From Eledone cirrhosa (lineage: Eukaryota), in assembly GCA_964016885.1 (NCBI GenBank), contig OZ024742.1, positions 115,382,001-115,446,000 of the forward strand: DNA of 64,000 nt, in the 5' to 3' direction. The position numbers and the translations under genes were made by a program. The first letter of the stretch is position 1; the number at the start of each line of letters is the position of its first letter. Under the pieces are notes generated by a model. It ran no database searches, was not told the origin of the DNA, and saw only the letters and a list, made by a program, of their open reading frames with translations. Below, in pieces: positions 1 through 12,689 of this stretch.

Positions 1-7
1 TTGTTAC

Positions 8-76
8 CTTCCATTAGACTGTTTTAAAATACATTTCACGGAGGCAACAAGATTAACAATGATGTGAACAAGATTG
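8..76 (-). CDS. Speculative small internal exon (69 nt) of the candidate minus-strand host gene
   Basis: Minus-strand acceptor ATTTCTGCTCCCAG and donor AAG|GTAAC. Only one frame is open (SNLVHIIVNLVASVKCILKQSNG). The phase-0 frame reads QSCSHHC*SCCLREMYFKTV*WK. Confidence 0.25.
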
Positions 77-1149
77 CTGGGAGCAGAAATAAATCAGCTG
101 TTTTTATATATGACATGTACTTAGCTACGCATTTTGCTTCTGCTATTCTCAATGAAGACAATTAGGAAAATTATTTATGCTCGTGTGGGTGGTGCAAGTA
201 GAAATAATGTGAAGAATGTAAAAGTTGGATAACAAAAGAAGAAGAAGAAGAAGAAGAAGCAGGAGAAGAAGAATCAATACATTCTGAGTGCAATACCCGT
301 TAACATCTACTATGCCTTTCATCCTTTCCTGCTGCATACAATTATTTACTATTCTTGTAGTGTGGTGAGTTAATCAACTTTGCCCTTCCCCCAGATTTAA
401 ATAGTCTTGTGCTTAAATTATTGTTTGATATCAGGACTCTACACTAATAATGTTTGGGTGTATATTATGCAACACAGTTCTATGTATAGTGGTGTGTGTA
501 ATCGGTGTAATTTGTGCAGTGCAGGGCAGTATTCTTGTACGGTAAACACAAGAGAGAATAGGAGATATGAGATGGATAGTGATGTAGTGACCTGGTTAGT
601 GGGTCTGGTCACTACTTCTGATCGGATCTGAGAATAGCCCTTAAAAGGACTGTTATCGCATACGGTAAGGATGAACAGCCGAAGGAAGAAGTTGAAAGGA
701 CAAATAGGCAAGAGATGTAGTTTCGTTCAAAGGTTTATTCCATACATGAAGCGACAATACAGAGGGTCAATGCGTGTGTGAGTGATGGGTGGCAGAAGAG
801 AGGAACAACGATACGCGAGCTGACTCTGCCAAAGGTCGACGGGTGAAAGTGTTTGGAATCAATTCTATTTATACACAAATATTCGTTTGATGTTTAGCCG
901 CTGCATGGTCATTTTAGTTTGGTGGCTTAAGGGTTGTTTGTTTCACTGGGGTGAGTTAGCTAGATAAGCAGATAGAAGAGTTGTTTACTTCACTGGTAAT
1001 GACAGATGTTATTTCCGGTGGCTCTACAGTGATAACTTTGATAACTTTGATAGGTTTCGGCCAGTATTGACCCAACCATGTCTAACTTAATAGCACCACC
1101 TGGCGAAGTCTCACACATCAGGGTTTGGGCACCTTGGCCCACTCGAACA

Positions 1150-2395
1150 GAGAGTTATTGTTAATACTTTTTGAACTTGACGGGGTCTGTTTCCCTTTTG
1201 ATGTGTTTTGGTGTAATGTTAAAGAGTGCAGGGCCCATTGAGGTGAAATAATTGTGTCGTATTGTTGTTATGAGATAAGAGCGAGATTTTTGTCGTGGTC
1301 GTATAGTACGGGGCCCAAGCCTTGGGTGTACAGTGAAGGTGATGCCAACGTCATTTGGGCAAAGCTGAAGGAATATTTTTCACATCATGCAGATGATGTA
1401 GCGCTCACGGCGACGTTGGAGAGAATAAAGGTTGAGCTTTTCTAATCGACTCCAATAGTCAAGGTCTGTCATACCATCCCTATTCTTTGTAATCGATCTT
1501 TGGGTTGCTTCAAATTACATGATACTTTGTTTCGTGTGTAGAGACAACAATGGACAACATTATTCAAGGTGGGGTCGGGCAAATGTGGAGAAGAAAGGAT
1601 AACAGTGTGGATATCTCTCGACTGGAATGTTCTGAGAATCCAGGAACACATTCTGGGGGCCATGTAAACTTTGCTGTTTATATGAGTGACCCAGCTTATG
1701 TTGTTGTACGCAGTTATTCTCAGGTCTCCGATGTTGTCGGATGCCACTAAAATTTCACCCGAAGGAAGAAAGTATGGTTGTTTCAGGGCATTCTTTTTTC
1801 CAAAGTGGATTAATTCAAACTTATCCTCATTTAAAACAACAGCATATTATTATTTTCTGCCCATTGGATAACAGCCAGTAGGTCTGACTGAAGGCAAGTC
1901 CGGTCACCCACCTCATTGATGACCCTTTGGAGCTTGGAATCACCTGCGAAGATTCTTATGTTGCTGTGCTTGATGATGTCAGTAATTTCATTAATGAGGA
2001 TGATGAAAAAAAGTGGGCCCAACACAGTGCCTTGTGGGACGCCACTGCTGACTTTGGCAGGGCTTGATTTTATTCCTTCAACTACAACATGATGGGCTCT
2101 GTCTGTCAGGAAACATTTGATCCACTGTAGTAACTTTCCAGATATAGATTTTTTCAGTAGAATCTTATGATCAACCCTGTCAAAGGCCTTTCTGAAATCA
2201 AGGTACATGACATAAGTGTCGAAGCCCTCTCCCAAGGCTCTCAAAACATCGTCAAAGTGATGTATGAGCTGCGTTAAGCAGTCCCTTCCATTACGGAACA
2301 CATGTTCGTTGGAGTTCAGCAGGCCGTTGCTTTCACGAAAGTGGGTTATTCCTGATCGCGCCACCCTCTCAAGTACCTTCATAATATGAGACGTG
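1150..2395 (-). mobile_element. CR1/L2-group LINE, decayed 3' part (reverse transcriptase)
   Basis: ORF 1831-2382 has YLDFRKAFDRVDH, SGVPQGTVLGPL and IFAGDSKL. A downstream frame gives DYWSRLEKLNLYSLQRRRERY, a typical CR1 C-terminal motif. Frameshifted. Confidence 0.9.
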
Positions 2396-2559
2396 TGTGA
2401 GAATGTAGTGATACGTTAAAAAGCTAAAAAGATCTGAAAGAAATTAGAATAAAGGAATGCAAATAAAAGTTTGTTTAAACATGTATATATTGTTCTCCTT
2501 TCGTTCAAAATAGGGGGCTGTGTGTGTGTGTACGTGGTGCAGCAGTGTAATGTAAAATG

Positions 2560-2590
<31 letters not shown>

Positions 2591-2776
2591 AGGACGAACA
2601 CAGATATATATATATATATATATATATATGTTCAAATTGTAAGGGACCAGAATCGCTATGGTGAAAGGAATACTAACTATAGACAATAGGGTTTGCCTGA
2701 CACAATTTAAGAATAATTTAAGAATATTCTTGAGCTATTTTATTGTAAGCGACTATTTGAGTTTCTAACTCAATAG

Positions 2777-2807
<31 letters not shown>

Positions 2808-2898
2808 GGTTGTTGCATGGTTGCAATAGATGCGTCCTGAGGCGGTATGCCATTTGAGCACTCGATGCTCGCTTATAGCAGAGTATATTATTATAGAT

Positions 2899-3074
2899 AT
2901 TGGCAGTATCGGTAGAGTGTCGGACGCCATGCTTTCCAGCATAGTTTCGTGCCTTTACGATCTGAGTTCAAATCCCGCCGAGGTTGACATTGCCTTTCAT
3001 CCTTACGGGGTCGATAAAATAAAGTACCAGTAATGCACTGGGTAATTGCTGGCCTTGTGCCTAAAGTAGAAACA
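2899..3074 (+). mobile_element. tRNA-derived SINE (octopus-type), copy 1
   Basis: A box TGGCAGTATCGG, B box GAGTTCAAATCC, body GTCGATAAAATAAAGTACCAGT, 3' end AGAAACAATT. Flanked by ATTATTATAGAT. Confidence 0.9.
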
Positions 3075-3086
3075 ATTATTATAGAT

Positions 3087-3268
3087 GTGAATTGGCAGTA
3101 TCGGTAGAGGGTCGGACGCCATGCTTTGACGCATAGATTTACGGCCTTTGCCATTATGAGTTCAAATCCCGCCGAGGTTAACTTTGCCTTTCATCCTTAC
3201 GCGGTCGATAAAATAAAGTACCAGTAATACACTGGGTAATTGCTGGCCTTGTGCCAATAGTAGAAACA
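3087..3268 (+). mobile_element. tRNA-derived SINE, copy 2 (different subfamily, in tandem with copy 1)
   Basis: Same A/B boxes and tail, different middle segment. Flanked by ATTATTATAGAT. Confidence 0.9.
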
Positions 3269-3440
3269 ATTATTATAGATAACGAGGAATCAGTGATGAA
3301 TCAAAACACAATTTATTAACATACCTTTCTCCTCGGGTATGTTTAGCGCTTTCAAAGATCCTGCCTTGAGCTGATCGTCGGAGAAACATATGTAATATTT
3401 TAATAAATTGTGTTTTGATGCATCAATGTTATCTTTTTAT

Positions 3441-3486
<46 letters not shown>

Positions 3487-3664
3487 TGTGTATGGTGTGT
3501 GTGTGGGGGGGGGGGGGGGTGTATATGTGTAAAATGTGGGTGATATTAAAGTTTATCCAATTACAGATATGAGTATAGATCAATGTGAAATAACAAATAT
3601 ATCACAGACAGGGCCGAAATACTTAATAAAGGTCAATCAAATGTCTTTTTTATAACATTTAATT

Positions 3665-3716
3665 ACTTACGGTATCCTTTCATCCAAACACAAGGCACGA
3701 ATCATCGGAGTGTATA
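3665..3716 (-). ncRNA. Decayed Penelope-type hammerhead ribozyme (sister copy on + strand at ~6652-6705)
   Basis: Reverse complement: act-CCGATGA-stem II-GAAA-ggatacc-GTA-agtaa. The sister copy keeps GAAA-cgatcg-TA-agta but has a mutated core. Confidence 0.5.
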
Positions 3717-4087
3717 GTAAAGGTTAAAACACAAATAAGAAAATTGTGAGGATATTGATAATAAGCAAGAGTATTAACACTCATATAAGAGAAGATATCA
3801 ACGGTAGAAGCATGGGAAAAATATGAGCATATAAATGCAAACAATGAAATTAGGAGCAGCTAAAAGCATTACAAAATGTTAAAACATGCCCGCATACAGA
3901 AATATACTGCTATAAAGAAGTTAAGTATGGTGTAAAACATATATGAAAAGTATTACAAAAGTTTATAAAGTTAATAAGAGCCCGTGCATAGATCCAATAT
4001 AAATTTAAGAATATGAAACATATCTCCAAAATATATTTTATTAAAAAACTAATAAAAAATTGGACTGCGTTTTTTAGTCATAAAGGT

Positions 4088-4270
4088 AATAATTCTTTCT
4101 ACTGTTGGCACAAGGCCAGCAATTATCCCAGTGTATTACTGGTACTTTATTTTATCGACCCAGTAAGGATGAAAGGCAAAGGTAACCTCGGCGGGATTTG
4201 TACTCGGATCATAAAGGGCCGTATCTCTTTGCTGCAAAGCATGGCGTCCGATCTTCTACCGATAATGCCA
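4088..4270 (-). mobile_element. tRNA-derived SINE
   Basis: Reverse complement of the same SINE consensus. Confidence 0.9.
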
Positions 4271-5094
4271 TAATAATGTCGGCTGAGTGTAGTCAGCAAA
4301 AGAAACATCGAATATAGGCTAAATTGCTATTATTATTAATCAAACCATTCAAAGGAATTAATTTTGAGTAAATATATTCAGCAAAGTAAAACCCAGTGTA
4401 TATTAAATGCTATCATCGGAAAAAGCATGACATATTTGAACAGGATGGAGTAAGTCTTATATACTAAGCATGAGCAACTCCAGCTTAACATATAGTTTTA
4501 AAAATTATCAAAGTTAAAGGTCGATAGAAAATTTAGAATAAAAGGCAGGTAATTCATAATTATTTTTTATAGGAGAGTTTCATATTATTAAATGGAAAGT
4601 AAATATTTATTTAATAAGTCAAGGTGTAATAACCTAAAGAAATTATTAGGGATAATGTTTATAGAACTAGAGAATTATTTAAAAAATTATCTAATTATAA
4701 TTTTTATAAATAATATATTACCCAAAAAATTCAATTATTTATTAATGTATACTAAAATGCTGTTATTATTAAACAAAGTATAACATATAGCATATATACA
4801 TATAGTATATACATATAGCATATACATATAGTATATACATTTAGCATATTCTAAATAATATGGAACGATAAATAAGAATAAAAACAGTTATTTTGAATTT
4901 TCTAAAGATAAAAAAATGTATTCTAATTAATAAAAAAATTGATGAATTATAAAAGTATTGAAGGTAAAAAATCGAGATTGAGGCAATGACTAATACATAA
5001 TATAATATGATATAACATAATTTAATATAATATTAGTAAAAATAAATTCAGATAAATTTGGGGCTTATTGAATATAATATAGCAAAATAGTATA

Positions 5095-5217
5095 ATAATT
5101 GTTTCTACTTTAGGCACAAGGCCAGTGCATTACTTGTACTTTATTTTATCGAGCCCAGAAAGATGAATGGCAAAGTCAACCTCGGCGGGATTTGAACTCA
5201 GATCGTAAAGGGACGTA
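5095..5217 (-). mobile_element. tRNA-derived SINE, 5'-truncated
   Basis: 3' two-thirds of the consensus, including the B box. Confidence 0.85.
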
Positions 5218-5322
5218 TAAAATAATCAGATGCCTAAATATGATGGGGATGGTTATAATAAATTGTAATCAACATTGTAGGGATCCGAATAGGGAGATTA
5301 TAAGTATGTAATGGTACTAATA

Positions 5323-5356
<34 letters not shown>

Positions 5357-5360
<4 letters not shown>

Positions 5361-5850
5361 GTTAAAACGATCAAATTTTAGTTTAGAACATTTATTAGCT
5401 GACAATTGTTTCTTCCAGGGGGAAGTCTGGAATCATCGGAGCATAAGGAATGTCGAAAACATGTAACTAGAATCCTAGTCATTTAAAACATTTAGGGTAC
5501 ATAGTTGCTATTAGTGTCAAAGGCATCATGTAGAGATTCAGGATTTAAAAAGGTGCTCCGCTTGAAATAACACAATTACAGGCAGCACTGGTTGGAGTGT
5601 AATAGGTAAAATTAAAAGCAAAAATCACAAGCAAAAAAATGACAGGCAAACAATACAGGGAAAGAAGTTATAAGCAAGGACAATTGGTGTACAATGTAGG
5701 AGCCAATACAGTCAATAATGGATGTATGAGGAAAGAGTTATAATGCAGTTGAAATAAACATATTGTGTGTGGGGTGTTAAATCATGTTATATTTGTTATA
5801 AACATTTAAGATAGTGTGCAATTTCTTGGAGAGGTGTGTGGTGTTAATGT

Positions 5851-5923
<73 letters not shown>

Positions 5924-6420
5924 TATAATTTAGTTACTAGGTTTAAAATAGAAAAAAGAATGGTGATTAATATAAGGAGAAGTGTAACAAATCTTACACA
6001 TCCTATTTAATAAAATTAATTTAGAATAAATAATAGTATGGGATTCAAGGCAGCAAAGGTTATCGATTTCATTGGGAGTTTATAAGAAGAAGATTTTGCC
6101 ATCACACTCCATAATAAGGTGTATTATTAGTCTTCAGAAATAAAACTAAAGTGGATGAAGAAGTTGCACGCTTCAGCTTAGAGTTCTTCAAAGTATGAAG
6201 ATAGGAATTATACCCCGTCATGAATCTATTCGATGTAGAACCGATATAGGTTTTGGGGGTGGTAGAAATTATGACAGTGCAGGAATGAATAATATTCTTA
6301 ACAAGGCACTTTCCATTAAGAGGGCACACATTATTAAGCCTACAATTACAACTATAGATATTGATTAAGCGGTTTTATAGATAAGGATGTGGAGAGGTAT
6401 TAGATATATGAGTGTTATTC
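5357..6420 (-). mobile_element. Penelope-like element (Naiad-type), decayed 3' end: GIY-YIG endonuclease remnant, 3' UTR and hammerhead
   Basis: ORF 6102-6329 reads CPLNGKCLVKNIIHSC...TYIGSTSNRF. A hammerhead and AATAAA lie at the 3' end next to (TA)n. Confidence 0.8.
5398..5442 (-). ncRNA. Minimal type-I hammerhead ribozyme (U4C core)
   Basis: Reverse complement: GCU CCGAUGA UUCCAG-acuucccc-CUGGAA GAAA CAAUUG UC AGC, then AAUAAA. Perfect stem II, palindromic stem III, GUC triplet. Confidence 0.85.
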
Positions 6421-6924
6421 TTATTCATATAAGTCCTAGAAAATAATGTGTTTCGAGAGTGGTTACACAAATTATTAGGTACAATAATATTGCTAATCAT
6501 ACCAATTGGTTGTAAATTGTTCTCCAATCTACAAAAGAAAAATATTTATTAATTTTCTTGTTATTACTACTAGCTATGTGGTTACTAATGTTAGATGTGG
6601 TAGAGTAACACATTTTAATATTCTTTGACAAGCCTATTTATGTTAACCATTACTATATACTCACAGGATATCGGCGTTGTGCTTCGATGAAACGATCGTA
6701 AGTAATTAAATGCTTTAAAACACTCTTTGATAGTTTAAAAATTATATACACACAAACACACACACACACACACACGCATATATATATATATATATATATA
6801 TAGTAATAATAATAAATTTGAAGACTAAAATCCAAAGAGGGCTCGGTAAGGATAAATATATATCAAATATATAAGAACCGTAGAGCAAATATTTATTAAT
6901 AAATATATATATATACATAAGAAA

Positions 6925-7055
6925 AGGTTCAGGACCCCGACTGCAGAGCTCAAGCCGTTTCGACGGGTATTTCTGGACGCTCTACTACCCAAATTATCCA
7001 GTACGCTGGTTTGTTATTCTCCACTTGGTTCCTTACTACACTTCCTTCGTTATCT
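6925..7055. mobile_element. Rearranged pLTR fragment of the 38870-41906 Naiad family
   Basis: Contains GAGCTCAAGCCGTTTCGACGG (3' half of the hammerhead, minus strand) joined to the plus-strand tail CTCTACTACC...TGGTTCCTTAC. Flanked by (TA)n. Confidence 0.75.
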
Positions 7056-7075
7056 ATATATATATATATATATAT

Positions 7076-7681
7076 GGTGGCTGCCAACAAGTTTTCGAGT
7101 ACGGTCACTACTTTATATCCATGTAGGAGAACCCCTACCGATGCGCTGAACGAGTGTAACTTTTCAGTCCAGCCAGCGACTTGAAAACTGTGGTACAAAC
7201 TCTACACTTGTGACAATTATTGACACATAGTGCTGTGCCCATGGTACCATATGACGACAAGTGCAGAGTGATCTCCAGATACAAAGCAATGCTTGTGCCG
7301 TGAGGCTTTTATAGTGAGCAAAGGCACTACACAAAGCCAGTCCCACTCTCTTAACCAAGATGATATTAATCAAAAAGAAGAAGAAGTCAACATCATTGGA
7401 TACCATCAGGTTTGCAAGTGTTATATTAGAGTTTTCCTTCTCCTAGAATTCTGCCTTGACAAAAGCTAAGGTGTCATCTCTCCCGGTGATTTTGGATGGC
7501 CATTGACTCTTAAGAGCTCATTTGCCCTTTGACAGGTTTTGCTTTTAGTCCTGCTGGATGTCCAAAGTCACCCTCCTCACCAAGAAACCTTGGTGGGGTT
7601 GCCAGTTTAGTCGCCAACGACCCGACCATGGGACAGATTGTACTGGTATACATGTTACCAGTAGCACCAACTGGTGAGCTG

Positions 7682-7682
<1 letters not shown>
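7076..7682 (-). mobile_element. Probable RTE-clade LINE 5' UTR fragment
   Basis: Reverse complement contains CCTTAGCTTTTGTCAAGGCAG...CTAGGAGAAGGAAAACTCT, which resembles RTE 5' UTRs from memory. Bounded by (TA)n. Confidence 0.4.
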
Positions 7683-7762
<80 letters not shown>

Positions 7763-8874
7763 TACACATACACATACACATAGACATACACGCGCACACA
7801 CAGACACACACATATATATTTATATATATATTTATTTATATATACAAAGATTGGGAGTTATGTCTGTGTGCGTGTATGTATACATGTATTTATTTGTATG
7901 CAAAAACCAAACAGACATAACACAGCGTAGGTCATTGTAGATCGGAGAAATATATCAGTTTACAACTGACATATGAGGAAAAGTATCTTAACATTTGGGA
8001 CTCAGGCCTTCATCAGAATATGGACAGAGAAATACAAGATTTAATAGAAAGATGCAGAATTAGAAGAGGAAGGAGCGGAAAACATTTCTTCTTTTAGGAA
8101 AAATAAACGTATGTATACAGTATTTTCATTTTTTATCTTTTATAACAGTTTCAAAAATTCATCTATCCTTATTTTTCTATTATTCACACGACATATATTG
8201 TCCCAATTATTTCAGAGAATATAGCAGGTATATCAAAAATTAAATCAGGTATATCAAGTACGATGTATCAACAGTTAATAATAAATAAATATTTGATAAA
8301 TATATATAACAATATTTTAATAAATTGGTTTGTGTAGGTACATCAAATGGAAAACATATTTGACACGTTATATTTATTTACTTTTCTCTCCATTTCAAAT
8401 TATTCGTATTTTCATATTATATTATTTTAATTTTATTTTTTTCTATTAAACTATATTTGCAGTTTTGTTACTCTTACAACTACTGTTATGAAAATATGAT
8501 GAAATATTCACGAAACTACTAAATTCCCCAAAACATTATGTTCTGCCCTGAAGAAAACACGAATTATCAAAACATCTAGCTAAAGTGGTAGAAAAATAAT
8601 ATACAGAATAACACGTGAATGAGGTCTGGCACATTTTACACACTTCTTTTCGTTATTGTTGTTCTTTTCTAAAATACGTACTTAAAAAGAAAATTATAAA
8701 CAGTTAGCTAGAAAAGTAGATAGATGCAGTGACGTGTAGATAAAAATAAACAGATATTGGATACATAGATTAATTGGTAGCGAGATACATAGTCAGTTGG
8801 ATAAAAAAGATAGATTGGGTGATGGATGCTACTATATTAATGTTAAGAACATTGATAGATACATAGGTAGATAC

Positions 8875-8922
8875 CTCCATATAGTTGCTGTTCGAACACT
8901 AAACATCTTGTGAACAATGTGA
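8875..8922 (-). CDS. Speculative small internal exon (48 nt) of the candidate host gene
   Basis: Acceptor CCTTTTCTTCAG, donor GAG|GTATCT. The phase-2 frame reads HIVHKMFSVRTATIW. The phase-0 frame reads SHCSQDV*CSNSNYME. Confidence 0.3.
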
Positions 8923-9169
8923 CTGAAGAAAAGGACAAGGATATCACATTGCTATTTCCCAAAGAAATTGTGCACAAATTGATTGTCATTTGAGAATCGT
9001 ATTATATATATATATTGTTATATTTAGGGATGGTAATTTGTCACATTAATCTGTGACCTCCTCAATGATAATGGATTTGTTGTGCCTCTTCTTTATCCAG
9101 TCATACATTTCTATATCGTTTTGGCCTGGATGCGTTAGAAATGGTTTTACATATCTCTCTCCCCACCCC

Positions 9170-9304
<135 letters not shown>

Positions 9305-9310
<6 letters not shown>

Positions 9311-9925
9311 AGAATAAGAAAAAGCGAAGTAGTTTCATATGTTAAAGTCCATTAATGATAATGCTGTGCTACATATTTCAATGACGAGAGTGGCCACACG
9401 TTCGGTGCGCTCAGTGCCGTGACATCATCAGACTGCTTTTGGCCGGCTGCCATTAACAGGGTGGCTAGCAGTAAACTATAGCCGTGTGATGTTACAAGCA
9501 TGGATGGGGTCATTCTTTGGTTGAGAGCGGGACCTGCCTAGGCGAGTTTCTTAGAACTCTGCGATAGTTGATGGTCAACTTCCTTCGGACTTGCGCCTGC
9601 GCAGACAGGTGGGGGTGACTCGGGACTCACAAGGGAACGGGCGAAGAACTCAAGAGCACACGCTTTGTCCGTTTCCATGTCGTTTCAAATTAGATTGCAT
9701 CGGAAACAACCTTATTATGTAACAAGCTGTCTGATTATGTCACAGCACTGGGCGAACCGAACCGTCTGGCCACTTTTGTCATTGAAATATGTATCACAGC
9801 ATTATCGTTAAAGGACTTTAACATCTGAAACTACTTCGCTTTTTCTCATTCGATATATACTCTGTCACTCCTATGTGGAAAAAGTGCGATGAGTGCTTGA
9901 ATTGAATTGCATCAATATTTACCTT
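9305..9925. mobile_element. Non-autonomous Penelope-type element with inverted terminal segments, each carrying a hammerhead-like motif
   Basis: About 9310-9440 is the inverted copy of about 9720-9855. Each arm has CUGAU(G/U)A...GAAA-uaugua-(U/G)C-acagc. Flanked by (TA)n. Confidence 0.65.
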
Positions 9926-9938
9926 AAATATATATATG

Positions 9939-9969
<31 letters not shown>

Positions 9970-10559
9970 ATACATGTTATTAGATATTAATTCTTTATAA
10001 TTATCTCCAAATTATTTGTCGAGCAAAATTGGCCACTACTGCTGCTATGATAGCAGGCAGGCCGCTGTCTTATTAGCAAACCACTTTCCACTTATTGACC
10101 TCGATGTCACGTGATTGATTCTCTTTGAATTTGCCACCGAGGTAGAGGCAGTGATTGTCTCAATGGCTAGGAATTCAGTCCACGCTTTGCTATTTTCTAT
10201 CCACTGAATTATTTTTTAATATGTTTCCAGTGTCCACGTTTTGCCTGGTTACTTAGATGAGAATAGTCTTCCCTGACGACGGAATGTTTGTTGGTGTTTT
10301 CTTCGGAAAATATATTTACTGCATTCTTGAAACTAATTAGTTGGAAGTGATATTTTAGCAAGTAAGTTAATTTTATAATTTTCTTATTTTACGTCTCTTA
10401 TATATATATATATATATATAATATATATATACATATATATATTGTCATGCCTTATTTGTTTTTCATGGCTTTTCTCATGTTGCACACCATGGACCTCTGT
10501 GTCATTTATTTATATAATAGAAGGGATACATTTAATCAGTGTCAGATGTCATTTGATGT

Positions 10560-10800
10560 TGTTAATTCCTTCCGAGATGATGGGGCCAATTAAAATCAAG
10601 ACATCAGTTATGAGTAACAGATTAGTAAGAAAGAATTTTGTTTGATGCGTATCAAAGTTAAGACGTCAGTAGATCGAACATCATCATTTCCAAGTGTAGT
10701 AATATTCAATTATGATGAAACAGTTCTAACTACTGTTATAGCAAACTGAAAACATGTAATTAACTGATATTTACAAGTATGATCAGCTTTCCGAACCAAG
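10560..10800 (+). mobile_element. Very decayed pogo/Tigger-like transposase remnant
   Basis: ATATTCAATTATGATGAAACA translates as IFNYDET, the first catalytic Asp motif of pogo DDE_1 transposases. No open frame. Confidence 0.35.
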
Positions 10801-11062
10801 GCGGGTTCCAATTCTGTGCTAATGAATAGCACTGAAAAATTGGCAACTTTGGTTTTGTTATTGAATGTGAAGGCCCCAATATGTGCGATAAATCATTTTA
10901 CTAGAATAGGTAAATATGTCTGACTGAATTAGTCACGCGCGTTATGGTCACCACATCCGGAACATCGAAGAAATATATTAGCTGCTGATATATTCTGATG
11001 CACCGAAATCCTCAATTATTTCCACGCCCTGCGGATACTTCCAATCCGCTGCCCAACCTATT

Positions 11063-11360
11063 TCTTCTTCTTCTTCTTCTTCTTCTTCTTCTTCTTCTTC
11101 TTCTTCTTCTTCTTTTTCAGAGTGTCGTGGGGGCAGAGTCCGCAAACACTCCTTCCTGCGGGTTCTATCAGACGCAAATATCTCCAACTGATCCAGCTGA
11201 ATCCCCAAGGGAACCTAGACAAGCTTATGGATGTCATCCAACCATATTGATAAGGATCGCCCCTAGGTCTCCAGAATGCAGTACTCGGCATAAAACATAT
11301 CACATGTCGGGATCACCATCTCCGTTTCTCGAGATCTCAAAGAGGTTTCGGAATTGAGGA
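11063..11360 (-). mobile_element. RTE-clade LINE 3' end with (GAA)n tail
   Basis: Frames read WRPRGDP...W and LGIQLDQLEIFASDRTRRKECL, ending in a (GAA)n tail. Confidence 0.75.
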
Positions 11361-11409
11361 AACCTTAGGCCGTAATATTGAATAATAATATATGCACAAT
11401 GCAACATTA

Positions 11410-12675
11410 TTTGGAGGAAGAGCAAAGTTGATTAACTCACCCCTGTACATGAATGGTACTTAATCGTATGTACCACGAATGGATGGAACACAAAGTAAAT
11501 CTTGCCGCGAATTAAACTCAGAATGTATTGAAGTCAGAATACATAACACAATTAGCAGCTTTTATTCAACAACATTAACTATATTACAGAAAGAGATATA
11601 CAATATGAGAAAGTACGAGAGCCTATGATTATATTGACCAGCATTAATCCATAGTCATTTAGACAAGCATTAACAGTGGTTTCTGATTTAGATACAAGAT
11701 TAACAAATTCGAGAGAAAGGAAAATCGATTACATCGAGCCCAGTATGTTATTGGTACTTACGTTTATATACCCCGTAAGTATAGAAGACAAAGTAACATA
11801 TGCAGAATTTGCAATCTGAACGTAAATGGCCATAACACTATGCCTCAAAACATGTTGTCCGAAGATCTACCAATTTTGCTAATCCACAGTCTTTCAAACA
11901 TTCACTATTTAGTTTCTGGGCGGTGAATTGGCAGTATCGGTAGAGGGTTGGACGCCATGCTTTCTAGCATAGTTACGTCCCTTTACAGTCTGAGTTCAAA
12001 TCCCGCCGAGGTTAACTTTGCCTTTAATCCTAACGGGGTCGATAAAATAAAGTACCAGTAATGTACTGGGTATTTGCTGGCCTTGTGCCTAAAGTAGAAA
12101 CAATTATTTAGTTTCTGAATTAGGTACAAGGTGAAGGATATGGGGAGAGAGTAAAGTCAATGAAATCGACCCCAATCCATCATTTGTACAATCCCATAAT
12201 GATGAAAGACAAAGCTAATCTCTGCGGGAGTTGAAATCAATATAAAAAGGACAGTAATTTTATGTCACGATGCATGTTGTCACAGGCTCTACCTATACTG
12301 CCAACCTACCACCTATAGACATGCGTCATAATTGTTATTCTTGAGTTAGACACAAGATTAGCAATTTGAAGGTAAAACGAAAACCCAACCTACTGCGTTA
12401 AATTTGATTGGCAACGCTATCATCGAGGGTTTTGAAGTCTGAACATAGAAGGACGTAATTGCATGCTGCAAAGTAGTTTGTCCGACGCTTTATCTATACT
12501 GTCAATCCACCAAACGTTTGGGGAAGGTGAACGTCGATTAAATCGACCAAAATTCATTATTGGTAATTATTATTAACGACCATGTAAAGATGAAACGCTA
12601 AGCTAAAGACAGTCCTCATTTTATGCTGCGTAGTATGGTGTCAGATTCTTTAGTCATACTGCCAATCCATCGCCA
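11410..12675 (-). mobile_element. Head-to-tail cluster of about 5 old, diverged tRNA-derived SINE copies
   Basis: Recurrent blocks resembling GTCGATTACATCGACCCCAGT...TGGTACTT...AAAGTNAAC...GAACTC...ATACTGCCAATCCACC at about 11410, 11690, 12120, 12340 and 12520. Confidence 0.65.
11919..12104 (+). mobile_element. Full-length young SINE with 13-bp TSD
   Basis: TSD TATTTAGTTTCTG at 11906-11918 and 12105-12117. Confidence 0.95.
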
Positions 12676-12689
12676 TTTAAAAATGCATA

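Noticed and set aside
651-1120. Possible reverse-oriented solo LTR (TG...CA with TATA and AATAAA on the minus strand)
   Set aside because: No TSD, second LTR or internal domain was found.
7983-8020. CTGATGAAGGCC motif on the minus strand (also CTGATGAAGG at about 55634)
   Set aside because: GAAA is absent or mutated and the stems are weak. At best these are remnants.
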